Of a stretch of DNA of 64,000 nt, positions 34,669 through 45,344 are shown one piece after another (positions within the stretch are counted from its first letter, which is position 1; each line of letters starts with the position of its first letter). Source of the stretch: Flavobacteriaceae bacterium (lineage in GTDB: Bacteria; Bacteroidota; Bacteroidia; Flavobacteriales; Flavobacteriaceae); NCBI GenBank assembly GCA_965178655.1, contig OZ238266.1, positions 1,578,295-1,642,294 of the forward strand, written 5' to 3'. A program made the position numbers and the translations under genes. A model generated the notes under the pieces. The model worked only from the letters and a program-made list of their open reading frames with translations, ran no database searches and had not been told where the DNA came from.

Positions 34669-35652
34669 TTGTTTATGCTTGACCAACAAATATTTGAGAT
34701 AGATTCCGCTGAGGCGTTCAATAAAACAGCCTTGGCAGTGTTTGCACATCAATTTAAGCATAATAAAGTGTACCGTTCATTTTGCGATTTACTGCATCGC
34801 CACCCAAATGATGTTACTACAATTAATGAAATACCCTTTTTACCAATATCTTTTTTTAAATCAAGAACGGTAGTATCATCTACAGACCCTGTTAAGGCAG
34901 TATTTACAAGTTCAGGAACTACAGGTAGTCTTACAAGTAAGCATCAGGTTACAGATTTAGCATTGTACCAAAAAAGCTATATAACTGCTTTTCAGCAAAC
35001 ATACGGACCTGTTACAGATTATGTGGTATTGGCATTATTGCCATCTTATTTAGAGCGCGACGGCTCTTCATTGGTATATATGGTTAACGATTTAATTCAG
35101 CAATCTGCACATGCCGAGAGTGGTTTTTATCTAAATAACATTAATGCCCTTTGTAAAACTTTAAAAGAGCTTGATGCCCAAGGTAAAAAAGTGCTTTTGA
35201 TAGGTGTTTCGTTTGCTTTGTTAGATTTAGTTGAGCAACACCAATTTGCACTAAAGCATACCATAGTTATGGAAACTGGAGGTATGAAAGGCCGACGCAA
35301 AGAGTTAATAAGACCTGAATTGCACGCTAGATTAAAAAAAGGATTTGGAGTGTCTGAAATTCATTCGGAGTATGGAATGACAGAGTTGTTATCACAAGCC
35401 TATTCAACAGGGAGTGGTGTTTTTAAGACGCCTAAATGGATGAAAGTATTGGCGCGAGATACGGAAGATCCGTTAACAATATTAAATAAATCAACTACAG
35501 GTGGTTTAAATATTATTGATTTAGCAAATATAAATTCTTGTGCATTTATAGCCACCCAAGATCTAGCAAAAGTCTTTGATGATGGCTCTTTTGAAGTGCT
35601 TGGAAGATTCGATAATTCCGATATTAGAGGATGTAACTTAATGGTTTTATAA
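34669..35652 (+). CDS. LuxE/PaaK-like acyl-adenylate-forming (acyl-protein synthetase) family protein
   Basis: 327 aa with FTSSGTTG (P-loop-like adenylation motif), typical of the LuxE-like family found in Flavobacteriia. Confidence 0.6.
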   Translation: MFMLDQQIFEIDSAEAFNKTALAVFAHQFKHNKVYRSFCDLLHRHPNDVTTINEIPFLPISFFKSRTVVSSTDPVKAVFTSSGTTGSLTSKHQVTDLALYQKSYITAFQQTYGPVTDYVVLALLPSYLERDGSSLVYMVNDLIQQSAHAESGFYLNNINALCKTLKELDAQGKKVLLIGVSFALLDLVEQHQFALKHTIVMETGGMKGRRKELIRPELHARLKKGFGVSEIHSEYGMTELLSQAYSTGSGVFKTPKWMKVLARDTEDPLTILNKSTTGGLNIIDLANINSCAFIATQDLAKVFDDGSFEVLGRFDNSDIRGCNLMVL

Positions 35653-35673
35653 AAACCTTTTTGTAATTAATCT

Positions 35674-36966
35674 CTATTCAGCTACAATAACATAGTAGTT
35701 TTTCTTACCACGTTGTAGCAATACAAACTTATTATTTATTAATTGTTCAGGGGTGATTGTAAACGCGTCTGTAACCTTTTCTTTATTAACCGAAATGGCA
35801 TTTTCTTTTAATGCTCTACGGGCGTCTCCGTTAGATTTTAAAAAGCCAGTTTTTGCTGCTAAGGCACCAATCATATCTAATCCGTTAGTGATGTCTTCTC
35901 TAGAAATAGTGGCTTGTGGCACGCCATCAAACACATCTAAAAATGTTTGCTCGTCAAGAGATTTTAGGTCTTCTGAAGTCGATTTTCCAAACAATATATT
36001 AGCAGCTTTTATAGCATTGTCTAAGTCCGCTTTAGAGTGTACCATAGTGGTTACTTCTTCAGCAACCTTTTTTTGTAGCAAACGTAAATGTGGTGCTTCA
36101 TTATGAGCTTTAATCAAAGATTCAATAGTGTCTTTGTCAAGAAAGGTAAATATTTTAATATATTTTTCAGCATCTGCATCAGAAGCATTTAGCCAATATT
36201 GATAAAATTTATAAGGAGAAGTTCTGTGTCTGTCTAACCAAACATTTCCACCTTCAGTTTTTCCAAATTTAGTACCATCTGCTTTAGTAATTAGCGGACA
36301 GGTCATAGCGTATGCTTTTCCTCCTGCAACACGACGAACCAATTCTGTTCCGGTGGTAATATTTCCCCACTGGTCACTACCGCCCATTTGAATTTTACAA
36401 TTTTTTGCTCTGTATAAGTGTAAAAAATCATAGCCTTGAAAAAGTTGATATGTAAACTCGGTAAACGACATGCCTACTTTAGATTCAGCGCTTAAGCGTT
36501 TTTTTACAGAATCTTTGGCCATCATGTAGTTTACGGTAATATGTTTTCCAATATCACGTGCAAAATCAATGAATGAAAAATCTTTCATCCAATCGTAATT
36601 GTTTACCAATTCGGCTTTGTTTTTAATATCAGAATCAAAATCAATAAAACGTTCTAACTGCGATTTAATTCCGGCAATGTTTTTTGCTAAAGTTTCTTCA
36701 TTTAACAAGTTTCGTTCTGCAGATTTACCCGATGGGTCTCCAATCATTCCAGTAGCGCCTCCTACTAAGGCAATAGGGGTGTGTCCTGCTTTTTGAAAAT
36801 GCATTAAAATAATGATTTGTACCAGACTACCAATATGTAAAGACTCTCCGGTAGGATCAAATCCAATATATCCAGCAGTAGATTCCTTAAGTAGTAAGGC
36901 TTCAGTTTCTGGCATAATATCATGGAGCATTCCTCTCCAACGTAATTCTTCTACAAAATTCATCAT
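35674..36966 (-). CDS. tyrS: Tyrosyl-tRNA synthetase
   Basis: [13 protein letters not shown] (HIGH), KFGKTEGG (KMSKS), C-terminal S4-like domain. Confidence 0.95.
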   Translation of the reverse strand: MMNFVEELRWRGMLHDIMPETEALLLKESTAGYIGFDPTGESLHIGSLVQIIILMHFQKAGHTPIALVGGATGMIGDPSGKSAERNLLNEETLAKNIAGIKSQLERFIDFDSDIKNKAELVNNYDWMKDFSFIDFARDIGKHITVNYMMAKDSVKKRLSAESKVGMSFTEFTYQLFQGYDFLHLYRAKNCKIQMGGSDQWGNITTGTELVRRVAGGKAYAMTCPLITKADGTKFGKTEGGNVWLDRHRTSPYKFYQYWLNASDADAEKYIKIFTFLDKDTIESLIKAHNEAPHLRLLQKKVAEEVTTMVHSKADLDNAIKAANILFGKSTSEDLKSLDEQTFLDVFDGVPQATISREDITNGLDMIGALAAKTGFLKSNGDARRALKENAISVNKEKVTDAFTITPEQLINNKFVLLQRGKKNYYVIVAE

Positions 36967-37173
36967 AATTCAACTAAAATTTAGGCAAATATAATTCTAT
37001 ATCACGAAACAAAGAAAGGAAAATGGGTTTATATAAGGGGCTTTTTTAAGGAAAATATAACCCTGTAAGAAATCACTCTAGTTTAATAATTAAATTGTGC
37101 ATTCTTAATTCGGAATAATCTTTAAATAACCAAAGTAGGTGTCTAAAGCGATGTAAATTCTGTTTTTATAATT

Positions 37174-38685
37174 TTATATAAGACGGTTTAGCTCTTCTAA
37201 AAATTCACGAGAATTAGATAGTCTTACAATTTTATTTTGTCCGCCAAGCTTGCTATTTTGTTTAAGCCAATTATAGAATAAACCTGATGGTGCTATGCGT
37301 ACTTTTGGTAAAGAGAGCGTACTGTTATGTTGCCTCTTTGCCTCATAGTCTGAGTTAAGTGTTTTTAAAGCATTGTCTAATATTTGGGTAAAATTATCAA
37401 TGTTTTTTGGCGGCACTTTAAATTCAATAAGCCACTCATGAGCGCCGTTGTTTTTGCCTTTCATAAAAATTGGCGCTACGGTATATTCTACAATTTCGGT
37501 TGCGGTGTTTTTACAGGCTATTTTTAGTGCAGTATCACTATTCTCAATCATAAGTTCTTCGCCAAAAACATTAATATGGTGCTTGGTACGCCCGGTTACT
37601 TTTATACGATACGGGTTTGTATTGGTAAATCGGATGGTGTCGCCAATTTGATAACGCCATAACCCAGCATTACTTGTAATAACCATGGCGTAATTAACGC
37701 CAATTTGCACTTCACTTAACGGAAGTATATGTTGTTGTGCACCACCAAAAGTATCCATAGGAATAAACTCGTAAAAAATACCATAGTCTAGCATGAGTAA
37801 TAGTTCATCGGAATTATTTCTGTCTTGAATGGCAAAAAAACCTTCGGAAGCATTATAAATTTCGTAATAATTAAAATCTGGTGATGGGAATAATTTTTTG
37901 TACTGTTCTCTATAGGGCTCAAAACTTACACCACCATGAAAATAAACTTCGCAGTCTTGCCATAAATCTAATAAATGTTTGTGCTGGGTGTTTTCTAGCA
38001 CATGATTTAATAACACGAGCATCCATGAAGGCACTCCTGCAATATTTGTAACATTTTGAGTGATAACTTCGTTAACGGTTGCTTGTAATTTATCTTCCCA
38101 ATTGGTCATTAATGATATGGCATTGCTTGGGGTAGAACTAAATTCTGCCCAAAAAGGCATATTGTCAATAATTATAGCCGATAAATCTCCGAAAGTGCTA
38201 CCGTTTTCTTGATAAAGTTGCTTGCTACCTCCTAAGCGTAAGTTTTTACCGGTAAATAGTTTTGAGTTTTCGTTATTGTTTAGGTATAAGCATAATAAAT
38301 CTTTACTTGCCTTATAATGGCAATCGTCTAGCGCTTCTTGGCTAACCGGTATAAACTTGCTCTTTGCATTTGTAGTACCACTTGATTTGGCAAATAGCTT
38401 AATGGGAGCATCCCAGAATAGTTGTTGTTCTCCTTTTCTAGTTCGGTTAATGGTATCAGCAATAGACTCGTAAGTGCTTAGAGGGACTCTTGCTGTAAAA
38501 TCACGATAGGAGGAGATGGATTTAAAATCGTATTTTTTTCCAAAATCAGTGTTTTTTGCACGTTGCACTAAATTTAGTAGCAACTCATGTTGTACTTCAT
38601 TAGGGTATTTTAAAAAGAATTCTATTTGGTGAATTCGCTTTTTTAAAAACCAAGAGGCTACAGAATTTATAAGAGGATTTGGCAT
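37174..38685 (-). CDS. GH3 (auxin-responsive promoter) family acyl-acid amido synthetase homologue
   Basis: MPNPLINSVASWFLKKRIHQIEFFLKYPNEVQ N-terminus and SSGTT adenylation motif. Start moved to ATG 38685. Confidence 0.8.
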   Translation of the reverse strand: MPNPLINSVASWFLKKRIHQIEFFLKYPNEVQHELLLNLVQRAKNTDFGKKYDFKSISSYRDFTARVPLSTYESIADTINRTRKGEQQLFWDAPIKLFAKSSGTTNAKSKFIPVSQEALDDCHYKASKDLLCLYLNNNENSKLFTGKNLRLGGSKQLYQENGSTFGDLSAIIIDNMPFWAEFSSTPSNAISLMTNWEDKLQATVNEVITQNVTNIAGVPSWMLVLLNHVLENTQHKHLLDLWQDCEVYFHGGVSFEPYREQYKKLFPSPDFNYYEIYNASEGFFAIQDRNNSDELLLMLDYGIFYEFIPMDTFGGAQQHILPLSEVQIGVNYAMVITSNAGLWRYQIGDTIRFTNTNPYRIKVTGRTKHHINVFGEELMIENSDTALKIACKNTATEIVEYTVAPIFMKGKNNGAHEWLIEFKVPPKNIDNFTQILDNALKTLNSDYEAKRQHNSTLSLPKVRIAPSGLFYNWLKQNSKLGGQNKIVRLSNSREFLEELNRLI

Positions 38686-38730
38686 AAAACACGTATCTTT
38701 ATGCCATAAAATTACTATAAAATTATTGAT

Positions 38731-39525
38731 ATGCAATACAAAGGGGTGCTACAGAAAATGCAAACAGAGCTGCAAGATACTATTCAGTATTATATGCTTC
38801 TTGATGATAATGTATTAAACATGAATCAGTTGATTGATAAAAAGCTGCATTTTTCATTTCAGAGCTATAGTTGTATGAACTGTAAAAAAGATAAAGAAAT
38901 CTTTAGGCAGGGCTTTTGTAAGTCTTGTTTTTTTGAAGCGCCACAGGCTGGTGAATGGATTATGCATCCAGAAAAATCTACAGCACATTTGGGTATTGCA
39001 GATAGAGATTTGGAATATGAACAGCGCGTACAACTACAACCACATATTGTGTATTTAGCACTAAGTAGTAATGTAAAGGTTGGTGTAACTCGAAAAACAC
39101 AAGTGCCTACCCGTTGGATAGATCAAGGCGCTATACAAGCAGTGCCAATTGTTGAGGTGCCTAATAGATATTTGGCTGGTATTGCCGAAGTTGCATTAAA
39201 AGACTATGTGGCCGATAAAACAAACTGGCGAGCAATGCTAAAGAACGAAGTGCCAGAAGTTAATTTATTAACAGAAAAAGCGGCATTAAAAAAACATTTA
39301 CCAGCTGAGGTATTGCCTTATTTTTTAGCAGATTCACCGGTACTGGATTTAAATTTTCCGGTAACACAATACCCTTTAAAGATTAAAAGTTTAAACCTAA
39401 CTAAAACCCCTGAGTATTCAGGTGTTTTAAAAGGAGTTAAGGGGCAGTACCTGATTTTTGAAGATAATACAGTGTTTAATGTTAGAAATAACGAAGGACT
39501 TGTGGTTGATTTAACAATAACTTAG
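38731..39525 (+). CDS. DUF2797-like protein with a CxxC...CxxC zinc ribbon
   Basis: 264 aa. YSCMNCKKDKEIFRQGFCKSCFF. Divergent from the GH3 gene with a 45-nt spacer. Confidence 0.7.
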   Translation: MQYKGVLQKMQTELQDTIQYYMLLDDNVLNMNQLIDKKLHFSFQSYSCMNCKKDKEIFRQGFCKSCFFEAPQAGEWIMHPEKSTAHLGIADRDLEYEQRVQLQPHIVYLALSSNVKVGVTRKTQVPTRWIDQGAIQAVPIVEVPNRYLAGIAEVALKDYVADKTNWRAMLKNEVPEVNLLTEKAALKKHLPAEVLPYFLADSPVLDLNFPVTQYPLKIKSLNLTKTPEYSGVLKGVKGQYLIFEDNTVFNVRNNEGLVVDLTIT

Positions 39526-39590
39526 CTTTATCATACAGTGTTCAGTATTTAGAATTGGCTATCTCATCCTGAACGGGTTTTAGGGTCTGG

Positions 39591-39854
39591 CTATTTCCAG
39601 CGTTCTAGTTTTGGAATTCCTCGGGTTAGAATCCATGCAACAATGCCATTCATACCGTCTTTTTTCATCATCTTAATGCACATTTTTTGCATTTTCTGAG
39701 GGGTATCTATTTCGTTAGCCATAGTAAACTCACCACTTTGGTAGCAGTAAGAACAGTATTTATCAGATTTTGATCCATCTTTTTCAGTGCCTCCGTTTCC
39801 AACGTCTTTGTTTTTAGGTATGCTGCAACTTTGGCAAAACTTGTATGTTTTCAT
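39591..39854 (-). CDS. Small zinc-ribbon domain protein
   Basis: MKTYKFCQSCSIP...KYCSYCYQSGEF...GIPKLERWK. ATG at 39854 preferred. Confidence 0.7.
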   Translation of the reverse strand: MKTYKFCQSCSIPKNKDVGNGGTEKDGSKSDKYCSYCYQSGEFTMANEIDTPQKMQKMCIKMMKKDGMNGIVAWILTRGIPKLERWK

Positions 39855-39974
39855 TTGTAAAGTAATATGATGTGCCAGCAAGATACAAAATCTACCTTTT
39901 TAATTGCTAAAAATATCTACCCATATTCAGTTAACTGAATATAGTGACATAATTATATGTATTACATTTAGCAT

Positions 39975-41981
39975 ATGAAGGGAGTTAACCATGTTATGTT
40001 GCGACTAACTATTTGCTTAGTAATTGGTATTGTTTTAGGGTATTATACCCAATTTCAATATCAAATATTACTAATATTCTCTGTGCCTATAGTTGTTTTT
40101 TGGTGTATTGATCTTTACCGCGTAAGACAGGCTGCTCAAGAATCAATTCTTTTTGGTGTACTGTCTTATATATTAATGATTGGTGTTGGAATGGGGATTG
40201 TCTTTGTAAAAACACACCACAACCATGCATCGCATTACTCACATCAATTAAAAAACGGAAAGGAGCAAGCGTTAACAGTACAGGTGTATAAAAAAATGAA
40301 AACCACCGCTAATCGCATTACTTTTTTAGCAAAAGTAATAGGGGTTAATCCTGTGCCAACCACAGGCATTATAATGGTGCATGCGGATAGTACTCAGCTG
40401 ATTGATATAGATAATGTTATTAGAGTTATTACAATTCCGCAACTTATTAGTGCGCCAAAAAACCCACATCAATTTAATTATCGTGCATATTTAAAGCAAC
40501 AACAAATACATCATCAACTATATGTAAATTCTTCTAATTCCGTGCAACTTACTCCAGTATATACTGGATATGGTATGGCGCAAAAAATCCGAACTAAAAT
40601 AATTGAAGGATTGCGTTTAAGAGGTGTTTCTGAAACCAATATAAGCATTATAAGTGCATTATTTTTAGGACAAAGGCAAGGTATGTCGGCTGATATATAT
40701 GAACAATTTAAAAATTCAGGAAGCTTGCATATACTCGCTATTTCGGGCTTACATATAGGAATAGTAATGCTGTTGCTAACACTGTTTTTTAGTCCGCTAT
40801 GTTATTTAAAGCACGGAAAAATGTATAGGGCAATTATAGTTGTAGTGTTGTTATGGTCTTACGCGTTTATTGCAGGAATGCCTGTGTCTGCAGTGCGTGC
40901 GGTATTAATGTGTACATTAGCAAGTGTAGCATTTTATAATACCCGTATATTAAGTAGCTATCAGGTGGTGGTATTGGCGGCATTTTTACAATTACTATGG
41001 AATCCGTATGAATTATTTTCGGTAGGGTTTCAGTTAAGTTATGTAGCGGTGATATCTATATTAGTATTCAGGCCTTTTTTCTCTAAAATATGGGAGCCAA
41101 AACGCTACATCACTAAAATAATATGGGATACATTCACCATAACAATAGCTGTACAAATAGGTATTCTGCCATTACTGCTTTTTTATTTTCACCAGTTTCC
41201 AGGGTTATTTTTAGTGTCGAACATGTTGCTTGTGCCATTTTTAGGGGTTTTATTGAGTATAGGCGGCGTCTGTTTAATTGCTATATATTTTAATAGTGCG
41301 CCCACAATATTCATTACAGTTTTTGAGTATTGTATTGGTATGCTACACGATGTAGTCTCTTTTATAGCAGAACAAGACCAATATTTAATAACCGATATTT
41401 CATTTCCTGTAGGATATTTAATAGTGAGCTATATGTTATTGTTTGCATTGGCGCTTCTTTTAAAAAAAGGGAGTTATAAACGAATCTTATATGTGTTACT
41501 GGCTGTTTGCCTTTTACAAGGGGTAAAAATTTACACAAAGCACTATTTTAACAAAGAAAAATGGGTGCTTTTTGCAACTTATAAAAGAATATTGATTGCT
41601 CATAAAAAAGGAAATCATTTAGAGTATTATACTACACAAGATTTGCGAGGGAAAGCCTTACAAACATTTTCGGAACAGGAGCATATAAAAACCCGTTTTC
41701 AAAAACCATTTCGGGAGGTATATCAATATAGGCAAAAAACTATAGTTATAATTGATAGTACAGGAGTGTATGCTTCTGGGATTAAGCCAGATGTTTTAAT
41801 TATAGATGGCAGCCCTAAAATAAATTTAAACCGTGTAATTAAAGATTTAACCCCAGGTAAAATAGTATTTACGATTAGCAATTATAAAAATAAAGTATTG
41901 TCTTGGGAAAAAACCTGTAATACTAAAGGTGTTTTACATTATAATATGCGCAAACACGGTGCCTTTATATTAGAAGAATAA
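39975..41981 (+). CDS. comEC: ComEC/Rec2-family competence membrane protein
   Basis: 668 aa polytopic protein. SGSLHILAISGLHIG motif typical of the ComEC competence domain. Confidence 0.85.
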   Translation: MKGVNHVMLRLTICLVIGIVLGYYTQFQYQILLIFSVPIVVFWCIDLYRVRQAAQESILFGVLSYILMIGVGMGIVFVKTHHNHASHYSHQLKNGKEQALTVQVYKKMKTTANRITFLAKVIGVNPVPTTGIIMVHADSTQLIDIDNVIRVITIPQLISAPKNPHQFNYRAYLKQQQIHHQLYVNSSNSVQLTPVYTGYGMAQKIRTKIIEGLRLRGVSETNISIISALFLGQRQGMSADIYEQFKNSGSLHILAISGLHIGIVMLLLTLFFSPLCYLKHGKMYRAIIVVVLLWSYAFIAGMPVSAVRAVLMCTLASVAFYNTRILSSYQVVVLAAFLQLLWNPYELFSVGFQLSYVAVISILVFRPFFSKIWEPKRYITKIIWDTFTITIAVQIGILPLLLFYFHQFPGLFLVSNMLLVPFLGVLLSIGGVCLIAIYFNSAPTIFITVFEYCIGMLHDVVSFIAEQDQYLITDISFPVGYLIVSYMLLFALALLLKKGSYKRILYVLLAVCLLQGVKIYTKHYFNKEKWVLFATYKRILIAHKKGNHLEYYTTQDLRGKALQTFSEQEHIKTRFQKPFREVYQYRQKTIVIIDSTGVYASGIKPDVLIIDGSPKINLNRVIKDLTPGKIVFTISNYKNKVLSWEKTCNTKGVLHYNMRKHGAFILEE

Positions 41982-42072
41982 AAAAACAAATTTAAATATG
42001 TCTGCTATCTTGTTGAATAACAAAACCTTGCTAAAACCGAATAAAATAATATTAAAATAAATGTTTTTTTTC

Positions 42073-42103
42073 TTTGTGGTAAGTTAAATCTATTCTATAT
42101 TTG
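42073..42103 (+). promoter_or_regulatory. Bacteroidetes-type promoter for tRNA-Asp (-33 TTTG, -7 TATATTTG)
   Basis: TTTG at 42073..42076, a 19-nt spacer, TAtaTTTG at 42096..42103. The tRNA starts 19 nt downstream. Confidence 0.6.
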
Positions 42104-42121
42104 CACTCGCTATACGCAAAC

Positions 42122-42195
42122 GGTCTGGTAGTTCAGCTGGTTAGAATACATGCCTGTCACGCATGGGGTCGCGGGTTCGAATCCCGTCCAGACCG
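42122..42195 (+). tRNA. tRNA-Asp (anticodon GTC)
   Basis: Hand-folded cloverleaf. Acceptor GGTCTGG/CCAGACC, anticodon stem CATGC/GCATG with loop CTGTCAC, T-arm GCGGG-TTCGAAT-CCCGT, 74 nt, no encoded CCA. Confidence 0.95.
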
Positions 42196-42206
42196 CAAAA
42201 TAGCAA

Positions 42207-42235
42207 AAGCTCCGACACAGTTGGAGCTTTTTTTT
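42207..42235 (+). terminator. tRNA-Asp terminator
   Basis: AAGCTCC-N9-GGAGCTT followed by T8. Confidence 0.75.
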
Positions 42236-42418
42236 GCTATAACAATAAGTTGTGTTGTTTGACAAATATAGTGTTTGTCAAAAACTGGTTTAGTAGTAAA
42301 CCGATGGAAAGCTTCCCAAAATTCCTTTTTTAGAGGATCATCGGGAGCTTTTTTTAGTTTTTGGGCAATTCAAATAATATGAGATTGTGTACCTTTGCAC
42401 AAATATTTAGTTTAGTAT

Positions 42419-43303
42419 ATGGAACACAGAGCAGGTTTTGTAAATATTATTGGAAATCCAAACGTTGGTAAGTCAACACTAATGAATGCGTTTATTGGTG
42501 AAAAACTATCTATAATCACCTCTAAGGCACAAACCACAAGGCATCGTATTTTGGGTATTGTAAATGGCGATGATTTTCAGGTAGTATTATCAGATACGCC
42601 AGGAATTATAAAACCCGCATATGAATTGCAAGCCTCAATGATGGACTTTGTTAAGTCTGCATTTGAAGATGCCGATGTGCTAATTTATATGGTAGAAATT
42701 GGAGAAAAGAGCTTAAAAGACGAAGCCTTTTTCAATAAAATTGCCCATTCAAAAATTCCTGTAATATTACTGCTAAATAAAATTGATGTTTCTAATCAAG
42801 AAACATTAGAAGAGCAAGTACAGTTTTGGGCAACAAAAGTGCCTACGGCTGAAATATATCCAATATCTGCTTTAGAAAACTTTAATGTACCTGAAGTGTT
42901 TGAGCGTATTGTAGAATTATTGCCAGTATCGCCAGCATATTATCCAAAAGACCAATTAACCGATAAGCCAGAACGCTTTTTTGTAAACGAGTGTATTCGT
43001 GAAAAAATACTATTGCATTATAAAAAAGAAATTCCATACGCTGTTGAGGTAACAACGGAAGAGTTTTTTGAAGATGATGATATCATCCGAATGCGATCTA
43101 TAATAATGGTAGAACGCGAAACGCAAAAAGGAATTATCATAGGGCATAAAGGTGCCGCATTAAAACGTGTAGGTGTAGAGGCACGAAAAGATTTAGAAAA
43201 ATTTTTCGGAAAGCAAGTACATCTTGAGCTGTATGTAAAAGTGAATAAAAACTGGCGCTCAGATGCAAGGCAGTTAAAACGATTTGGATACAATAATAAA
43301 TAA
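42419..43303 (+). CDS. era: GTPase Era
   Basis: [16 protein letters not shown] and a C-terminal KH domain. 294 aa. Confidence 0.95.
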   Translation: MEHRAGFVNIIGNPNVGKSTLMNAFIGEKLSIITSKAQTTRHRILGIVNGDDFQVVLSDTPGIIKPAYELQASMMDFVKSAFEDADVLIYMVEIGEKSLKDEAFFNKIAHSKIPVILLLNKIDVSNQETLEEQVQFWATKVPTAEIYPISALENFNVPEVFERIVELLPVSPAYYPKDQLTDKPERFFVNECIREKILLHYKKEIPYAVEVTTEEFFEDDDIIRMRSIIMVERETQKGIIIGHKGAALKRVGVEARKDLEKFFGKQVHLELYVKVNKNWRSDARQLKRFGYNNK

Positions 43304-43329
43304 GAAACCTTAGTAAAGGCCATAAGAAT

Positions 43330-44634
43330 ATGAGTAATATAGTAGCAATTGTCGGACGACCAAATGTTGGTAAATCAACCTTATTTAATAGACTAATTCA
43401 AAAACGTGAAGCCATAATAGATTCTGTTAGTGGCGTAACTCGCGACCGCCATTATGGAAAATCGGACTGGAACGGAAAAGAATTTTCGGTAATTGATACA
43501 GGTGGATATGTACTTGGAAGTGATGATGTTTTTGAGGCCGAAATTGATAAGCAAGTAGAACTTGCAATTGATGAGGCAGATGCCATTATTTTTATGGTAG
43601 ATGTAGAGTCTGGTATTACCGGGATGGATGAAGATGTTGCAAAACTATTACGCCGTGTAAACAAACCTGTACTTTTAGTAGTTAATAAAGTAGACGCAGG
43701 AAACCGATTAAACGATGCTGCGGAATTTTATGGCTTAGGCTTAGGAGATTTTTTTCCAATAGCAAGTATTAGTGGTAGTGGAACAGGTGAGTTGTTAGAT
43801 GCTTTAGTTGAAGCGCTTCCAGAAGTTGAAGAGGAAGAAGAAACCACTCTGCCGCGTTTTGCCGTTGTTGGACGTCCAAACGCAGGAAAATCATCGTTTA
43901 TTAATGCCTTAATTGGTGAAGAACGTTACATTGTTACAGATATTGCCGGTACAACACGTGATTCGATAGATACAAAATACAATCGTTTTGGTTTTGAATT
44001 TAACCTTATAGATACAGCAGGAATTAGACGAAAAGCAAAAGTAAAAGAAGATTTAGAATTTTACTCGGTAATGCGTTCTGTACGTGCTATTGAATTTAGT
44101 GATGTTTGTTTAGTTGTTGTTGATGCCACTCGTGATTTTGACTCACAAGTACAAAATATATTCTGGTTGGCTGTAAAAAACAGTAAAGGCGTAGTGATTT
44201 TGGTAAACAAATGGGATTTAGTAAACAAAGACACTAAAACAGCAAAAGCTTACGAAGCACACATACGCGAACAAATTCAACCATTTACCGATGTGCCAAT
44301 TGTATTTATGTCGACCATTACAAAACAACGTATTTTTAAAGCCATTGAAACAGCTGTTGAAGTATTTCAGAACCGAAGTAAGAAAATACAAACAAGTAAG
44401 TTTAATGAAACCATGTTGCCAATTATTGAGCGCACCTCACCACCGGCATACAAAGGAAAATTCATTAAGATTAAATACTGTATGCAATTGCCTACAAAAA
44501 CACCACAGTTTGTGTTTTTCTGTAACCTACCACAGTATATTAGAGATGGATACAAACGTTTCTTAGAAAACAAATTGCGAGAGCATTATGGGTTTTCAGG
44601 AGTGCCAATTAAAATGTATTTTAGAAAAAAATAA
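43330..44634 (+). CDS. der: Ribosome-associated GTPase Der/EngA
   Basis: Two G domains ([16 protein letters not shown] and [16 protein letters not shown]) plus a KH-like C-terminus. Confidence 0.95.
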   Translation: MSNIVAIVGRPNVGKSTLFNRLIQKREAIIDSVSGVTRDRHYGKSDWNGKEFSVIDTGGYVLGSDDVFEAEIDKQVELAIDEADAIIFMVDVESGITGMDEDVAKLLRRVNKPVLLVVNKVDAGNRLNDAAEFYGLGLGDFFPIASISGSGTGELLDALVEALPEVEEEEETTLPRFAVVGRPNAGKSSFINALIGEERYIVTDIAGTTRDSIDTKYNRFGFEFNLIDTAGIRRKAKVKEDLEFYSVMRSVRAIEFSDVCLVVVDATRDFDSQVQNIFWLAVKNSKGVVILVNKWDLVNKDTKTAKAYEAHIREQIQPFTDVPIVFMSTITKQRIFKAIETAVEVFQNRSKKIQTSKFNETMLPIIERTSPPAYKGKFIKIKYCMQLPTKTPQFVFFCNLPQYIRDGYKRFLENKLREHYGFSGVPIKMYFRKK

Positions 44635-44830
44635 TAAAAAAGCCAAAAGAGAATTAGCGAACAGGTAAAAGTGTTAGCCGGTCTTTATTATTATATTTGA
44701 AAAGGTGATGTTATTACCAAGCCTAAAAGTTGGAATCACATCATAAAAAACATGTCTTTGCAAGAAGTGAGGTCATCACATTATCTCAAACATGAGAGTA
44801 TTGTTTTAATAATAAAAATAAGTACGCAAT

Positions 44831-44971
44831 ATGGCTATAAAAGAAGAAATATTCTTACAAAGAATTGAACGGTTGGAGAAAAAAATTAAAAAGTACAAAC
44901 GAGAGCGCTATGTTGGAGCTGTGATAGTACTACTGTTAATAGCTATTGAGTTGTATAATAATTTCGGCTAA
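44831..44971 (+). CDS. Possible 46-aa tail-anchored small protein
   Basis: Hand translation: MAIKEEIFLQRIERLEKKIKKYKRERYVGAVIVLLLIAIELYNNFG. An amphipathic/charged N-half and one TM helix. Below the track's size cut-off. Confidence 0.3.
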   Translation: MAIKEEIFLQRIERLEKKIKKYKRERYVGAVIVLLLIAIELYNNFG

Positions 44972-45011
44972 ATAAAGCAATATTGTTTCAGGCCTAAGAA
45001 AAGGGAAAGGG

Positions 45012-45344
45012 TTAATCCAATTGTTCCTTAAATTTTAGCAACTCATTTTTAACATGTGTTAGTTTTTCAATAATTTCAAGCGAGTCTAAAGGTTTTTTTC
45101 GGGACTCTTTCAGGTGTATTTTAGCGCCATCAAGCGTATAGCCTTTATCTTTTACTAGGTAATGTATTTGCTGGAGGTTTTTAATGTCTTCAGGCGTAAA
45201 TTTACGATCTCCTTTAGCGTTTTTTTTAGGCTGTAAAACATCAAATTCTTTTTCCCAAAATCTAATTAGCGATGTGTTTACGCCAAAAGCCTTAGCTACT
45301 TCGCCAATTTTATAATATCGTTTTTCAGGAAGATGATGCTGCAT
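45012..45344 (-). CDS. MerR-family transcriptional regulator
   Basis: YYKIGEVAKAFGVNTSLIRFWEKEF HTH. 1-nt overlap with the upstream M23 gene. Confidence 0.85.
   Translation of the reverse strand: MQHHLPEKRYYKIGEVAKAFGVNTSLIRFWEKEFDVLQPKKNAKGDRKFTPEDIKNLQQIHYLVKDKGYTLDGAKIHLKESRKKPLDSLEIIEKLTHVKNELLKFKEQLD

Noticed and set aside
42122-42360. tRNA-Asp as the attachment site of an integrated element
   Set aside because: The only duplicated sequence downstream is a 12-nt piece of the terminator (GGAGCTTTTTTT), not the tRNA 3' end. The flanking genes (comEC, era, der) are core genes, and no integrase is present.
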